Shown here in pieces: positions 10,301 to 18,218 of a stretch of 64,000 bases of DNA (positions within the stretch are counted from its first letter, which is position 1; the number at the start of each line of letters is the position of its first letter). The notes beneath the pieces were generated by a model, which was given only the letters and a program-made list of their open reading frames with translations, was not told where the DNA came from and searched no databases. The stretch is from an uncultured virus (IMG/VR IMGVR_UViG_2917045514_000007) (taxonomy: Duplodnaviria > Heunggongvirae > Uroviricota > Caudoviricetes), in IMG/VR virus record IMGVR_UViG_2917045514_000007, positions 1 to 64,000 of that record. One strand, given 5' to 3'. Made by a program: the position numbers and the translations under genes.

Positions 10301-13300
10301 TCCAGGCGCGCGGCCAGTTTCTTCAGGCCGTCCACTTCCGCCATCTGGCGCGCCAGGCTCGCCAAGTCGGAGCGCATGGCGGTGTAACTGGGGAATGTGG
10401 AGTAGTCCACCGTCTCGGCGTCCACCGGCTCGCCACGGTGTTTCTCCTGCTCGCCATAAGTCGGGTACTTCGCTCGAATTTGCGCGTCCTTTGCATTGCG
10501 CAGTTCCCGCGCCAGGAACTCCACTTGCACTTTCTGCCGCACGGTGTCCAGGAACTTCGCCTTGCCGCCTTCGATGGCGGCAGCCAGGTTGTTCATGGTG
10601 GCGGCCAGTGCCTTGTCGGCGCGCGCCGAGGCTTCGGCACTGGCGGCCATCCGCGCACGGCGATCGGTGTTCTGCTTGCGTACGCGGCTCAGGGAATCAT
10701 CGGCCCGCTCGTTGAGAGCCTGGGCCATGGTGCGCAGCCGCTGGGCGGCGCTCTGGTTGCGGTCATCCTCGAAGGCGTCGCGGCGCGCTTCTGCAACGGC
10801 CTGCGCGTCGGCGGTGTCGCCGGTCACCAGCTTGCGGAATGCTTCGGCCGCCTCGCGGGTGCGGAACTGGAAGCCGGGGACAGCACCATTCCCACGGTAA
10901 CTGCTGTAGCTGCCGCCCAGCCGCTTCGCCGAATTGTTCAGGGTGTCGTAGTCCTCGCGGCTGACGCGCTCGGCCAGTTGCACCACGAAAAGGTCATGCC
11001 CGTGCTTGGTGTGCTTCGTCTCGATGATGTCGCCGGCCGTAGTCTGCCCGGCGCTGGCTACGCGGGTCTTGGCCTGTGCCTTGGCCTGCTCACGCAGGGC
11101 CTTAGTGCTCTCGGCCTCCAGTTCGTCGTAGCGAATACGCTGTTCCGGCGTCAGGCGCATGAACGCCTCCCGCAGGGACTCCCCGTGCGTCTCCATGTTG
11201 TAGCTCACTGCCTGGCGGAACTCGGCGAGGGTCTGCGGGTTGGCGACAGCCTTCTGCTGCGCTTCCCGGCGAGCCTGGACTTCCTGCTGCGCCTCGGCGA
11301 CCTCGGCGGCGTGCGCCTTGATGTCGTCGTCGGTGGTGTTCGCCACCAGCTCGGCCAGCGCGCTGGCCTTGGCCTGGCGGTGCGCTTCTAGGCCGGCAGC
11401 CGACATCACGTAGCTGCTCGGGCCGTAGCTGCGGCCCAGCGCAAATTCCTCCAGCACGCGACCGACCAGGGCATCGACAATCGCTGCCTTCTTCTCGTTG
11501 CGGTAGCGGTGGAAGAAGCTGTAGCCGCCTGACTTCAGCAGGTCATCCTTCTTCATAGTGCCCAGCTCGGCCACCAGGGCGTCGCGGGCGTTCTGCGTAC
11601 GCTCGAATGCCTGGCGGAACTCGTCGGCGGTCGCCTCCCCACTGCGCGCGCGCTGCATCAGGGCTACATGCGCATCGAGCGTCGGGGTTTTCGAATCGCT
11701 GGGCTGCGCGGGCTCGGGCTTGGGTGCCTCTGCCGGTTCGGACTGGGGCCGGGCTGCATCCTCGGCGCGCACGAAATCGACCAGTTCACGCACGCGGCGT
11801 TTCGACTCCGGCACGCTCATGCCGCGCTCACGGAACAGCGCCGCCAGGTCGAACTTGTCGCTGGTCAGCACGCTGCCATCGGTCGGCGTCAACTTAATGC
11901 TGGTCGGGTAGCCATCCTTGCCGAAGTTCACCCCGGCAAGGTGCGCGGCCTTGGTGATCGCCACCGGCTCGCTGCCCTTCTTCCAGGACAGAATCCTGCG
12001 CATCAGGCTGCGGTCCCCGTCTTCCTTGCGCTGCGCCTTGTCGGCGCGGGCCTGCTCGGCGGCCTGGCGATCTGCCGCCTTTTCCTCGTCGGTACGGGCG
12101 TCCAGGGCCGCCTGGCGCACGCGATCCTGATTGGCCTTCTGCCAGGCCACGAATGTGTCGATGGCGCGGTCGTAGGCGCTGTTGCGCCTGTCCGCCTGCT
12201 TGCTGTTCAGTCCAGAACGCCCGACAACATAACCGCTGTAGGTGCCGGCGCGCACGTTCATCAGGCGTCGGTACTGGGCCAGGTAATCGGCGCGCAACTC
12301 TCGTGTGGCTTGCTCCACGGCCGCCTGCTGAGCATCGGTGCGCGCCACGACAGCGCCCGCGTCGCGGGCCACGTCGATGTAGGTCTGGAACTCATCCGCA
12401 TCGGACTTCGCTCGCTGGCTGCTGCTGTTCGAGATACCGGAGTAGCTGGCGGCGGCTTCCTTCAAGGGGAACTCATCGGTGGTTGGCGCCCCCTGTGTTG
12501 CGATACGGCCGGCCGGGCCGCGCTTCATGTCGCGCGCATCCGGCGCCGTCATGTGAGTGCGCTCGCTCTCGCCCGGGACATCCACCCAGGTGTCGCCTTC
12601 CTTGCGTACACTGCGCACCGTGACGGTCCAGCTTCCCGATTCGGTCGGGTTGTAGCTGATAACCCTGTCGTAGTTGGCGCCGTAACCTCGCACCACGTTG
12701 CCGGGGGTGAAGTATTCGGCGCGGGCCTGGGCCTCAGCCTGGAACCTCTTTGCCAGCACGCCGCGCGGCCTCTTCTTCGGCACATCAGGAGCGGCTGGCT
12801 CAGGCACGGGCCTCACCTGTCTCGCGTCAACCGTGGCACCCTGCCCGCTGCTGGCATCGGTGGTGGAACTGGGAAACTCGTGGGCCAGTTTCACCAGGTC
12901 GCGGATGGGGGCATCCAGGCGAATCACCCTCACCTCTTCGCCGTTGTCGCGGGCGGCCATCCACTGGTGATGCCCATCCAACACGTTGCCTTCGCGCGAA
13001 ACCAAGATGGAGCGGTTGCCACCCTCGAAGTCCTTGGCCTTCGCCACCTTGTCGCGGCTGAATTCAGCCTGCGTCGGTTTGAGGGTATCTGCGGGAACTG
13101 TCTCTTCCTGATGCTGCACGCCACGAGCGCTCAGGAAGTTCACCATCGCGCCGCGGTGCTCGGCCTTGATCTGCGGCATGTCGGCGCGAGGGATACCCAC
13201 GGTGCCCGATTCCTTGCTGAACTCCGCCCACCCTTCGCCGATGTCCTTGCCTTCGATGCTGGGCACCTTGGGCTTGTTCAGGCTCGCCAGGTGCTGCTGG

Positions 13301-15672
13301 ATCGGCACCGCTTCGTATTTCTCGGTGTTGAGCGCGTCAACCTTCTTACGGTCGAACGTTTCCGCGATCACCTCACCGGTTTCCTTGTTTCGGATGACCC
13401 AGCTTGCGCTGTTGTCGGTGGCGGTAGACTTCGGCGCCAGTGGCTTCAGCACGCGGGGCTGCACAGCAGGCTGTTGGCCGAACAGGTATTCCTCGGCAGC
13501 GTCCTTATCGGCCCGCTGCGGCTTCGCCAGGTTCGCCTCGAACTGGCGCGCGTTGAACTCGTCGCCGCGCGAGCGCGCTTCATCCAGGGCATTCTGCATC
13601 AGCCACTGGTCCACGGCCTTGATGGTGCTGGTCGCCTTGCGGCTGGAGTCCACGCTGACCTTCGGGAAAGGCGTCGTCTGCCGCCCGCTGCTGGTGGTCA
13701 CTACTTCGCCACTGCCCAGCTTTCCGCCCACCTCTCCGCGACGCACGGCCTGCAGCGCCGCAGGCTGCTCGGGCTTCTGTTTGGCCTGGCGTACCTTCGA
13801 AATGGCGTCCTTCAGGTTGGTCGCTTTCGCCTCGGTCGCAGGTGCTGCCGGTACGGATTCCGCTGCCGGCGCCAGCGATACAGCCGGTTGTGCGGCTTGC
13901 GCCTGCTGCGCGTCAGCCTTGCCTTGGGCCTGCTGGATGTCGTCCTGCACGCCGATTGGCGTCGGGGCTTGCTGCTGCGCCGCCTGGTCCAGGGCGAAGC
14001 CGCGAGCGCGGGCGGCTAGCTCCACCCGGCCAGCGGCGTTCTGGTGGCGCTGCTCATCCTGCTGATCCTCGGCGAGGATCGCGGCAATTTCATCGGGGCT
14101 CTGCGCGGCCTCGATACGCTTCACGCGCTCACCGACGCGCTGCATGTAGCCGGCATCCGGCGCTGGCGCGAGCTTGTCCAGTTCCTCCTGCAAGCGATCG
14201 CGCTCGGCGATTTTCTTCGCGTCCCATCCGGTGGCACGGGCTTGCCGGCGTACAAATTCCAAGCGGCCCTGCAGATCGGTGACAGGATCGGATGCCAGCA
14301 GATCACCCTGCTCCGCTGTAATCTCACCGGTTTCCGGGTTGACCTGATCACCTTTCCTGCCGCTCTTCTGCGCCTCCTCGGCTGCCTGCTGGAGCGCGGC
14401 TTGTTGCACCATCTGGTCAGTTGCGCCACTGTCCACGGCCTGCGCAGCAGCACCAGACAGTGGCCCAACAGCCGGGTCCAGACCCATCTGCTCGGAGCGC
14501 TTTGGGGCCGCCGGGACCGGAGTCACATCGGTGACTTCACCTCGACGGATTCGGTCCAGACGTTCAGCCTCTTGCTGACGCTGTGCCTGGGTAGCGGAGT
14601 TCTGGTCGACCGTGGTCCGGACCTGGCCGTCAGAACCAGCCTCATACACTGGAGCTGGGAGTGCCAGTGGCGCAGTCGTCTCGGTCTGCCCCTCAAGGCC
14701 CGGGGTACTCTCGAAGGTAGCGTCCGCATCCGCCAGGCCACGGGACGCTGCCGGCTGACCGCCATGTAGAACCGCCGCCGGCCCACCCATGGCCATCCCG
14801 GCCAGCGTTCCCATTACCATCGCTTCATCCAGGCCGCTGGCCCAGTCCCGTCCCAGCGCCAGGTTTTGCAGAACCTGCTCAGATGCGGACTGTGGCAGTT
14901 CCTCAAGGAAGCCCTCGGAGATTGCGCCCACTATCACCTTCCGCGGAATGCTCTTCGCCGGCATGGACGCCAGCTCGCTGACCAGTTGTCCTGGGTTGGC
15001 ACCACCAGCGAGGAGGGTATCCGCATCACCGATACCCAGTTTCTTGGCCAAGCTACCGCCGGCAAGGGAAAACAGACTTCCCAACACACCAGTGGCCACC
15101 GCAGCTCCCGACTGCGCCGGAGTGAGCAAGCCGTCATCAGTTTCTTGGCGGATCTGCTCTGCTTGCTGACCAGCCATAACCGCCCCTTCGCCAGCCGCGC
15201 CGGCTGCCACAGGTGCCAACGCTGGAGCCAGCGCCCGAACGCCACGACCGACCGCGCCCCCCGCCAACATGGAAGGCAAAGACTCCGCTACGGTGTTCAC
15301 GACCATCGACGGGTTCTGTACAGCATGCAGCGTCTTGTCTACGACGCCATCAGCATCCTGAAAGTCCTGCTGTTGCTGTTTGTACTGATCGGTGTGCAGA
15401 TCACTCAGGAAATCCTTCGCCTCCCGGGGCCGGAAGCCGAGCATGCCGTCCTGGTTCTCGAGGAACTTACCTACGCGGCCCTCTGTTGGGATATCAGCGA
15501 GGCCAACAGCCGCTTCCGGAACCCCAATCACCCCCTTGGCCACAGACAGGCCGAGGTCGCGCGCATGCCCTATAACACCGCGACCCTCTTCCCCCTTGCC
15601 AACCACCTCGTCGTTCGCACCGAAGTCCGCGGTATCCACGATCTTGTCGTTCTCGCCCCAGGTATCTGCCAT
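4324..15672 (-). CDS. giant polyvalent virion/ejection protein (3782 aa; ParB-like, N6-MTase, two HExxH zincin-like, LPD-type and PLxRFG regions)
   Basis: LDGHHQW (ParB/Srx-like), LEPSAGMG and MNPPF (adenine MTase), WRFEISD...HELQH...GEVEAR (LPD23-like), HEMVH, YAPLSRFGKY; lies between virion and lysis genes. Confidence 0.85.
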   Translation of the reverse strand: MADTWGENDKIVDTADFGANDEVVGKGEEGRGVIGHARDLGLSVAKGVIGVPEAAVGLADIPTEGRVGKFLENQDGMLGFRPREAKDFLSDLHTDQYKQQQQDFQDADGVVDKTLHAVQNPSMVVNTVAESLPSMLAGGAVGRGVRALAPALAPVAAGAAGEGAVMAGQQAEQIRQETDDGLLTPAQSGAAVATGVLGSLFSLAGGSLAKKLGIGDADTLLAGGANPGQLVSELASMPAKSIPRKVIVGAISEGFLEELPQSASEQVLQNLALGRDWASGLDEAMVMGTLAGMAMGGPAAVLHGGQPAASRGLADADATFESTPGLEGQTETTAPLALPAPVYEAGSDGQVRTTVDQNSATQAQRQQEAERLDRIRRGEVTDVTPVPAAPKRSEQMGLDPAVGPLSGAAAQAVDSGATDQMVQQAALQQAAEEAQKSGRKGDQVNPETGEITAEQGDLLASDPVTDLQGRLEFVRRQARATGWDAKKIAERDRLQEELDKLAPAPDAGYMQRVGERVKRIEAAQSPDEIAAILAEDQQDEQRHQNAAGRVELAARARGFALDQAAQQQAPTPIGVQDDIQQAQGKADAQQAQAAQPAVSLAPAAESVPAAPATEAKATNLKDAISKVRQAKQKPEQPAALQAVRRGEVGGKLGSGEVVTTSSGRQTTPFPKVSVDSSRKATSTIKAVDQWLMQNALDEARSRGDEFNARQFEANLAKPQRADKDAAEEYLFGQQPAVQPRVLKPLAPKSTATDNSASWVIRNKETGEVIAETFDRKKVDALNTEKYEAVPIQQHLASLNKPKVPSIEGKDIGEGWAEFSKESGTVGIPRADMPQIKAEHRGAMVNFLSARGVQHQEETVPADTLKPTQAEFSRDKVAKAKDFEGGNRSILVSREGNVLDGHHQWMAARDNGEEVRVIRLDAPIRDLVKLAHEFPSSTTDASSGQGATVDARQVRPVPEPAAPDVPKKRPRGVLAKRFQAEAQARAEYFTPGNVVRGYGANYDRVISYNPTESGSWTVTVRSVRKEGDTWVDVPGESERTHMTAPDARDMKRGPAGRIATQGAPTTDEFPLKEAAASYSGISNSSSQRAKSDADEFQTYIDVARDAGAVVARTDAQQAAVEQATRELRADYLAQYRRLMNVRAGTYSGYVVGRSGLNSKQADRRNSAYDRAIDTFVAWQKANQDRVRQAALDARTDEEKAADRQAAEQARADKAQRKEDGDRSLMRRILSWKKGSEPVAITKAAHLAGVNFGKDGYPTSIKLTPTDGSVLTSDKFDLAALFRERGMSVPESKRRVRELVDFVRAEDAARPQSEPAEAPKPEPAQPSDSKTPTLDAHVALMQRARSGEATADEFRQAFERTQNARDALVAELGTMKKDDLLKSGGYSFFHRYRNEKKAAIVDALVGRVLEEFALGRSYGPSSYVMSAAGLEAHRQAKASALAELVANTTDDDIKAHAAEVAEAQQEVQARREAQQKAVANPQTLAEFRQAVSYNMETHGESLREAFMRLTPEQRIRYDELEAESTKALREQAKAQAKTRVASAGQTTAGDIIETKHTKHGHDLFVVQLAERVSREDYDTLNNSAKRLGGSYSSYRGNGAVPGFQFRTREAAEAFRKLVTGDTADAQAVAEARRDAFEDDRNQSAAQRLRTMAQALNERADDSLSRVRKQNTDRRARMAASAEASARADKALAATMNNLAAAIEGGKAKFLDTVRQKVQVEFLARELRNAKDAQIRAKYPTYGEQEKHRGEPVDAETVDYSTFPSYTAMRSDLASLARQMAEVDGLKKLAARLEKVADDVTEAYTGWAKQNLLSVSRFTRGDQFADFKSREDAERAIRRSGLTGKAIVLPVKRGQNRIVMAPSEAMKLGLWQGDGDKRITLSGEFGGELVQALGRRSGSKITVPWALESAHEKRKRLESMGILTGSEYRSALREFVALREAPAEPDKIKQMERAMIGRRNDGLDFFPTSAAVTEEAIDAADIQGGMDVLEPSAGMGHMADAIREQTGVEPEVVELSGERRELLEAKGYNLVGSDFMEVSGKQYDRIVMNPPFSKGRDIQHVQHAYSLLKPGGRLVAIMSEGAFFQSNKAAENFRAWLDGLGATSERLPEGSFMDPALSVNTGVNARMVVIDKPAAEESAAPQPGEQPPVQYSFTGRNAVGANLHALSTAQQRIAMGENAEAVRRDTGWHRGTDGKWRFEISDHQASIAVAGETAGAIIDMAHLNAINDERSRPTVGDVLSHPQLFAAYPDLQRIPVAVMPEGVTALARLRRFATGNQVEVQANMPRTEVASAILHELQHAIQIREGFAMGGSARAFVSNFDKTGAATYRRLAGEVEARNTQARLKMTPRLRRDIAPDESADIPASQVLVSFNGRDIENGPLPQNLTGRPPMTSHSLVRAFDLQFPALGQAVRKMLKRGKEGQRGGLVVIDSADPLRIAHTYARKSGTALSDAVQLFEDGERINGFYDARSGLTFLVGPNLNPVTAPAVVLHEMVHGQQRQNLDQAAHAMLMNRGNVRSAELRTFLDRVASRMIESGESRNMKEAAPYIVEQAVIEGREQGFAEADSRFLSWVDSALGKQVGDFLRRFLANIRQWMLRHGLPVGRISVDDLVRYAMAGVESAAEGRVRGDGLAMSQDDMRKARVLQGPPVAILEGNEAPQGFAAVREWAAKLFESQGGKAVNPDLGDVVLDMRAVRDSMAHGKANPYKFSAFAAVKDVLERGVVVHRADYEKGESFYVSAPVVIDDKDDIVTVLVRRDPNMQRMYLHSVATKEYLLNRRVSGADAMMAAQPSGSSSSGDVASVLQRLLTASLNEPEGPQFSRSGLRELTSKATAELNKTFSAPGGLSWWHKTIGTMYNLAERSPAFKPVFESAQGFIDDVSYYASDAADLAPKLLPKLETWRDIAKSPVGAEDNKAVAKPVFEGTLMWARDVDGKPVRVDSLAERAMRLTADEKADILLKQGKIPEGLLRAWRGLSPEQFAKMIDSRYESQMLKAGIVWTDAELRDMWKLNDAQVALYREFRAATDRSLDTMARADMLRFGGEDVKELRDQVMDAADAQEGAAILRDHLAQMADAWPERATNLLNLAHGMTDRAEKVAQLQGEGYAPLSRFGKYTVDVVDANGERQYFSLFETKREANLMAEQMRGAFPGATVSQGTLSEESYKLFAGITPETLELFGNALGFDSEGDSARDQAFQEYLRLTKTNRSAMRRLIHRKGIAGYSEDVGRVLASFIYSNSRQTAAGLHMGNLSEAVNGIPQAQGELKDAAVRLADYIKNPQEEGQAVRGLLFAQYLGGSVASAFVNMTQPVQVTFPWLSQYCGVKRAAAELGRAARQMAQRSYQFEPDLARALKRAEDDGVVSPQEVHQLMAQARGSGSLRAGDGTRLGDARALASNSVARLSMAWGKLFGAAEQINRRMTYIASYRIAKAQNMANPDEFARRAVRETQFVYSKASKMRWGRGAVGGTLMTFKTYSVAYLELMHRLWNQGEPGSQERKDGRKAAALMIGMLLLVGGAGGLPFAEDAEDLIDGAAQLMGYNFSTAKAKQEFLEGLFGRVLADFIDRGVSGLPGAPLDASGRLGMGNLIPGTRLLQPAPANIRDVLEIAGPMGDFANRILEGGKKIASGDIGSGLLEISPGAVRNAAKGVDMLATGMYRDTKGYKVLDTNTLEAAMKMIGFQPASVATIQEANMLSQKAKAFYNLKAQEIRSMWAAGIFEKDQGKVERARQAIADWNRRNPDQPMAIRVPDIMRRVREMSLSKDERIAKTAPKAMRQQMREDLERTRAALD

Positions 15673-15687
15673 GTCCTCTGTACTCTC

Positions 15688-17862
15688 TTAGCCCTTGACG
15701 CGCAGTTGGCCGTCTTTCATGTACTGGGTGCCCTTGGGAAGGGCCTCGTATTCGGCCGCAGTCTTCGGCTGCGGGATTCCGCCGGCGGCCGCTGCCGGCT
15801 GGCCCTGCTGGTCGATAAATTGGCCGGTCTGATTGTTGAGTACTCGTGCAGGGCGCGTCAGAAGTTGCATGGCCTGTGGGTCGTACTCCTGGCCGCCGGG
15901 TACCACGGTGAAGCGATTCGGAGCGTCCTTACCGGCTAGCACACGAATCTGTTCGGCGATCGCGGCTCGGTCTTCGGGAGCAGCCTTGTCGTACTGCTCG
16001 TACAGCTTCTCGATGCGCTGGGCGGCGCGGGTTTGGAAGCCCCTGGCCTCTTGCTCACCAGCCAGGCGCTGGCGATCGAGTTCGTTGGAGGCGAGGAAGC
16101 GCGCGCCCTGCCCCATTTCCTGTAGGGCCGCGCGCTGATTGGCGCCCTGCTGCTGCACCTGCTCCCGCGCCAAGGCCGTGTCGTTATTCGCTCGAATGCT
16201 CGCCAGGGACGTAGCATTGCGGTCATCGCTCTGCTGCAGCCGGAACAGGTTGTCGATCTGGCGGGCAGTTAACTGCCCGTTCGGCGAACCGCGATAAGGT
16301 GTTGAGGCTGCATTCAAGGCGGCTTGGCGAACGCTATCGGCCCGAGAGCTATCGGGAACCACGGTTACCCGAGGCGCGCCGGAGTTACCGGCGTTGTACT
16401 GAGCCAACGCGTCCGGGGCCATCGGCGGTACCTGGGAGACAGAACTCGGCCTGAACCCCATACCAACATCAGGCGTTCGGGCCAGCAGGTTCTCCACTGC
16501 GCGTTGGTTTTGAGCACTCCGCTGACCACCTGGGGTGAACCCGGCAGCTTGAGCCTCCCCGTTAACGGTGTAGCCTGGGCGGATTGTTGTACCGGAGAAG
16601 CTGTTACCCACTCGCGTCACGTTGTTGGGCAGGTCCGAGCCTCCGGCGCTTGGCATAGCGGCTCCAGTATTCGCCGCCGACTCCAGCGCCCCGGTTGGCG
16701 CACCAGCAGCCGGCAACACCTGGCCTCGCCCCAGCGCAGCACTGGAACTTGGCGCCGCTGCACCCTGGGCTGCCTGCTGACCACGAAGCGCCGGCGGAGT
16801 GTCATTCCATCCGAATAGCCCTTTACCGAAGTTGACCACCGGTTCCGCCAGTCGACCGACATCCTCACCAGCATCAGCGAACGCTGCGGGAACCGCCGCA
16901 AGAGCCCCACGCACGCCAGTTCCAAAGCCACGGGCATACTCACCCGATGCCCACTGCTGCGCTACGTCGTCACCCGTCCCGCGAAGAACCGAATCGGTTC
17001 GCCAGCCTGGTCCCTCGGTGCGGTATTGCGGAGTGAAACCAGCAGCTTTAGATCGATCAGGGCCCGTTACCGGTTGATCAAACTGAGCCTGCATCCTTGC
17101 AGCTCTGGCCGGGTCATTACCTTGTCGCGAGGGCGCGAAGCCTTGCGCCGACGGCGCATCTGGCAGCGCACCGGACTGCGCCACAGCCTGTTGCTGTCGG
17201 GCTGCATCCGAACGTGCCTGGGCGTTGGCGGTATAGAGGTTGTCGCTGTAGCCAGGCGCCACTCCTGGCTGAAGATTCGCGGCATCAGCAGTGCGCTGCC
17301 GATGCACAGCCATTGCTTGCCGTTCAGCATCGATATTGGCCTGCGCCCTTGCCATGGTGGGGTCTGCACTGTAGCCGCTGGTGGCTACGGGAGCCGATGC
17401 CTCCGGCACAACGCCAGCAGCACGCTGGGCGGCGGGCGTGTTGGTGATGTCGAAACGGGTCTGCTTTTTGCGCTCTCCATCAACAACCCCGCCGTCGGCG
17501 AAGAACAATTCTGGCTTCTCGGCGCCATTCCCTCCCCTTTTACGCGGAGAGAACCCTTTTGCCTGCTGGGCTACCGGCACATGAGTGGCATTCTTCACAG
17601 CGTCCAGCGCCTGCACGCCAACGGCGTGAACCTGCTCGGGAGGCATCTGGTACTCGCCGTTACTCAGGCTGACCGGGACCGGCGCCCCCATACCCTGCAA
17701 CGCCGCTTCCCCAATCTGCTCGGTCGAGTCGGCCGGCATGATGTAGCTGCCCGCAGGTACCTCGGTGTCGATGTCGTCGGAGGTGCCAGTGCCTGGACCA
17801 CGCACCCGCCCACCATCTGCAAATCGTTGCTTGGGCTTGGCGCCCTTCTTGAACCCGTACAT
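15688..17862 (-). CDS. putative internal virion/ejection protein (724 aa)
   Basis: Ala/Gln/Gly-rich; FADGGRVRGPGTGTSDDI motif; adjacent to the giant protein. Confidence 0.7.
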   Translation of the reverse strand: MYGFKKGAKPKQRFADGGRVRGPGTGTSDDIDTEVPAGSYIMPADSTEQIGEAALQGMGAPVPVSLSNGEYQMPPEQVHAVGVQALDAVKNATHVPVAQQAKGFSPRKRGGNGAEKPELFFADGGVVDGERKKQTRFDITNTPAAQRAAGVVPEASAPVATSGYSADPTMARAQANIDAERQAMAVHRQRTADAANLQPGVAPGYSDNLYTANAQARSDAARQQQAVAQSGALPDAPSAQGFAPSRQGNDPARAARMQAQFDQPVTGPDRSKAAGFTPQYRTEGPGWRTDSVLRGTGDDVAQQWASGEYARGFGTGVRGALAAVPAAFADAGEDVGRLAEPVVNFGKGLFGWNDTPPALRGQQAAQGAAAPSSSAALGRGQVLPAAGAPTGALESAANTGAAMPSAGGSDLPNNVTRVGNSFSGTTIRPGYTVNGEAQAAGFTPGGQRSAQNQRAVENLLARTPDVGMGFRPSSVSQVPPMAPDALAQYNAGNSGAPRVTVVPDSSRADSVRQAALNAASTPYRGSPNGQLTARQIDNLFRLQQSDDRNATSLASIRANNDTALAREQVQQQGANQRAALQEMGQGARFLASNELDRQRLAGEQEARGFQTRAAQRIEKLYEQYDKAAPEDRAAIAEQIRVLAGKDAPNRFTVVPGGQEYDPQAMQLLTRPARVLNNQTGQFIDQQGQPAAAAGGIPQPKTAAEYEALPKGTQYMKDGQLRVKG

Positions 17863-17898
17863 GTGAAGCCCCTAAAGAAACGGCCTGGATACCGGTTC

Positions 17899-17941
17899 AA
17901 TATTCCGGTCCAGGCCGCTTCGGAGCTAACCCTACGGGGGG
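17899..17941 (-). promoter_or_regulatory. putative late promoter (ejection proteins)
   Basis: CCCCCCGTAGGG (17930-17941), then 25 nt, then AATATT. Confidence 0.55.
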
Positions 17942-17961
17942 CGGAGCGTTTGGCTATGTGT

Positions 17962-18153
17962 TTACCCGGTAATCTTCTTCCAAATCCAGATAAGACCAAA
18001 AATTATAATAGCCCCGACAACTACGTCTCTTAACTCTAGGTTCCCCGAGCTTTCGCGAATTGACTCATCAACCCCGTATTTGTCTGCAAAAACCAATATT
18101 GGGGTAAACAGCGCAATTACTGCCCCCAAAAGCCTAGCGACGACTCTGTGCAT
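17962..18153 (-). CDS. small AT-rich membrane protein (accessory gene)
   Basis: 63 aa, two hydrophobic segments, AAGGAAG RBS, locally low GC. Confidence 0.7.
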   Translation of the reverse strand: MHRVVARLLGAVIALFTPILVFADKYGVDESIRESSGNLELRDVVVGAIIIFGLIWIWKKITG

Positions 18154-18218
18154 GACTCTTCCTTATAGCCGTGGACACAATGAAAGCGCTGAATATATCC
18201 CAAGTCAGATCCTGGCCA

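Noticed and set aside
9493..14065. Long plus-strand ORFs (632 aa, 783 aa and others)
   Set aside because: Antisense shadows of the GC-rich giant gene, with no motifs or RBS. The same applies to 26345-28033, 32892-35003 and 54658-56499.
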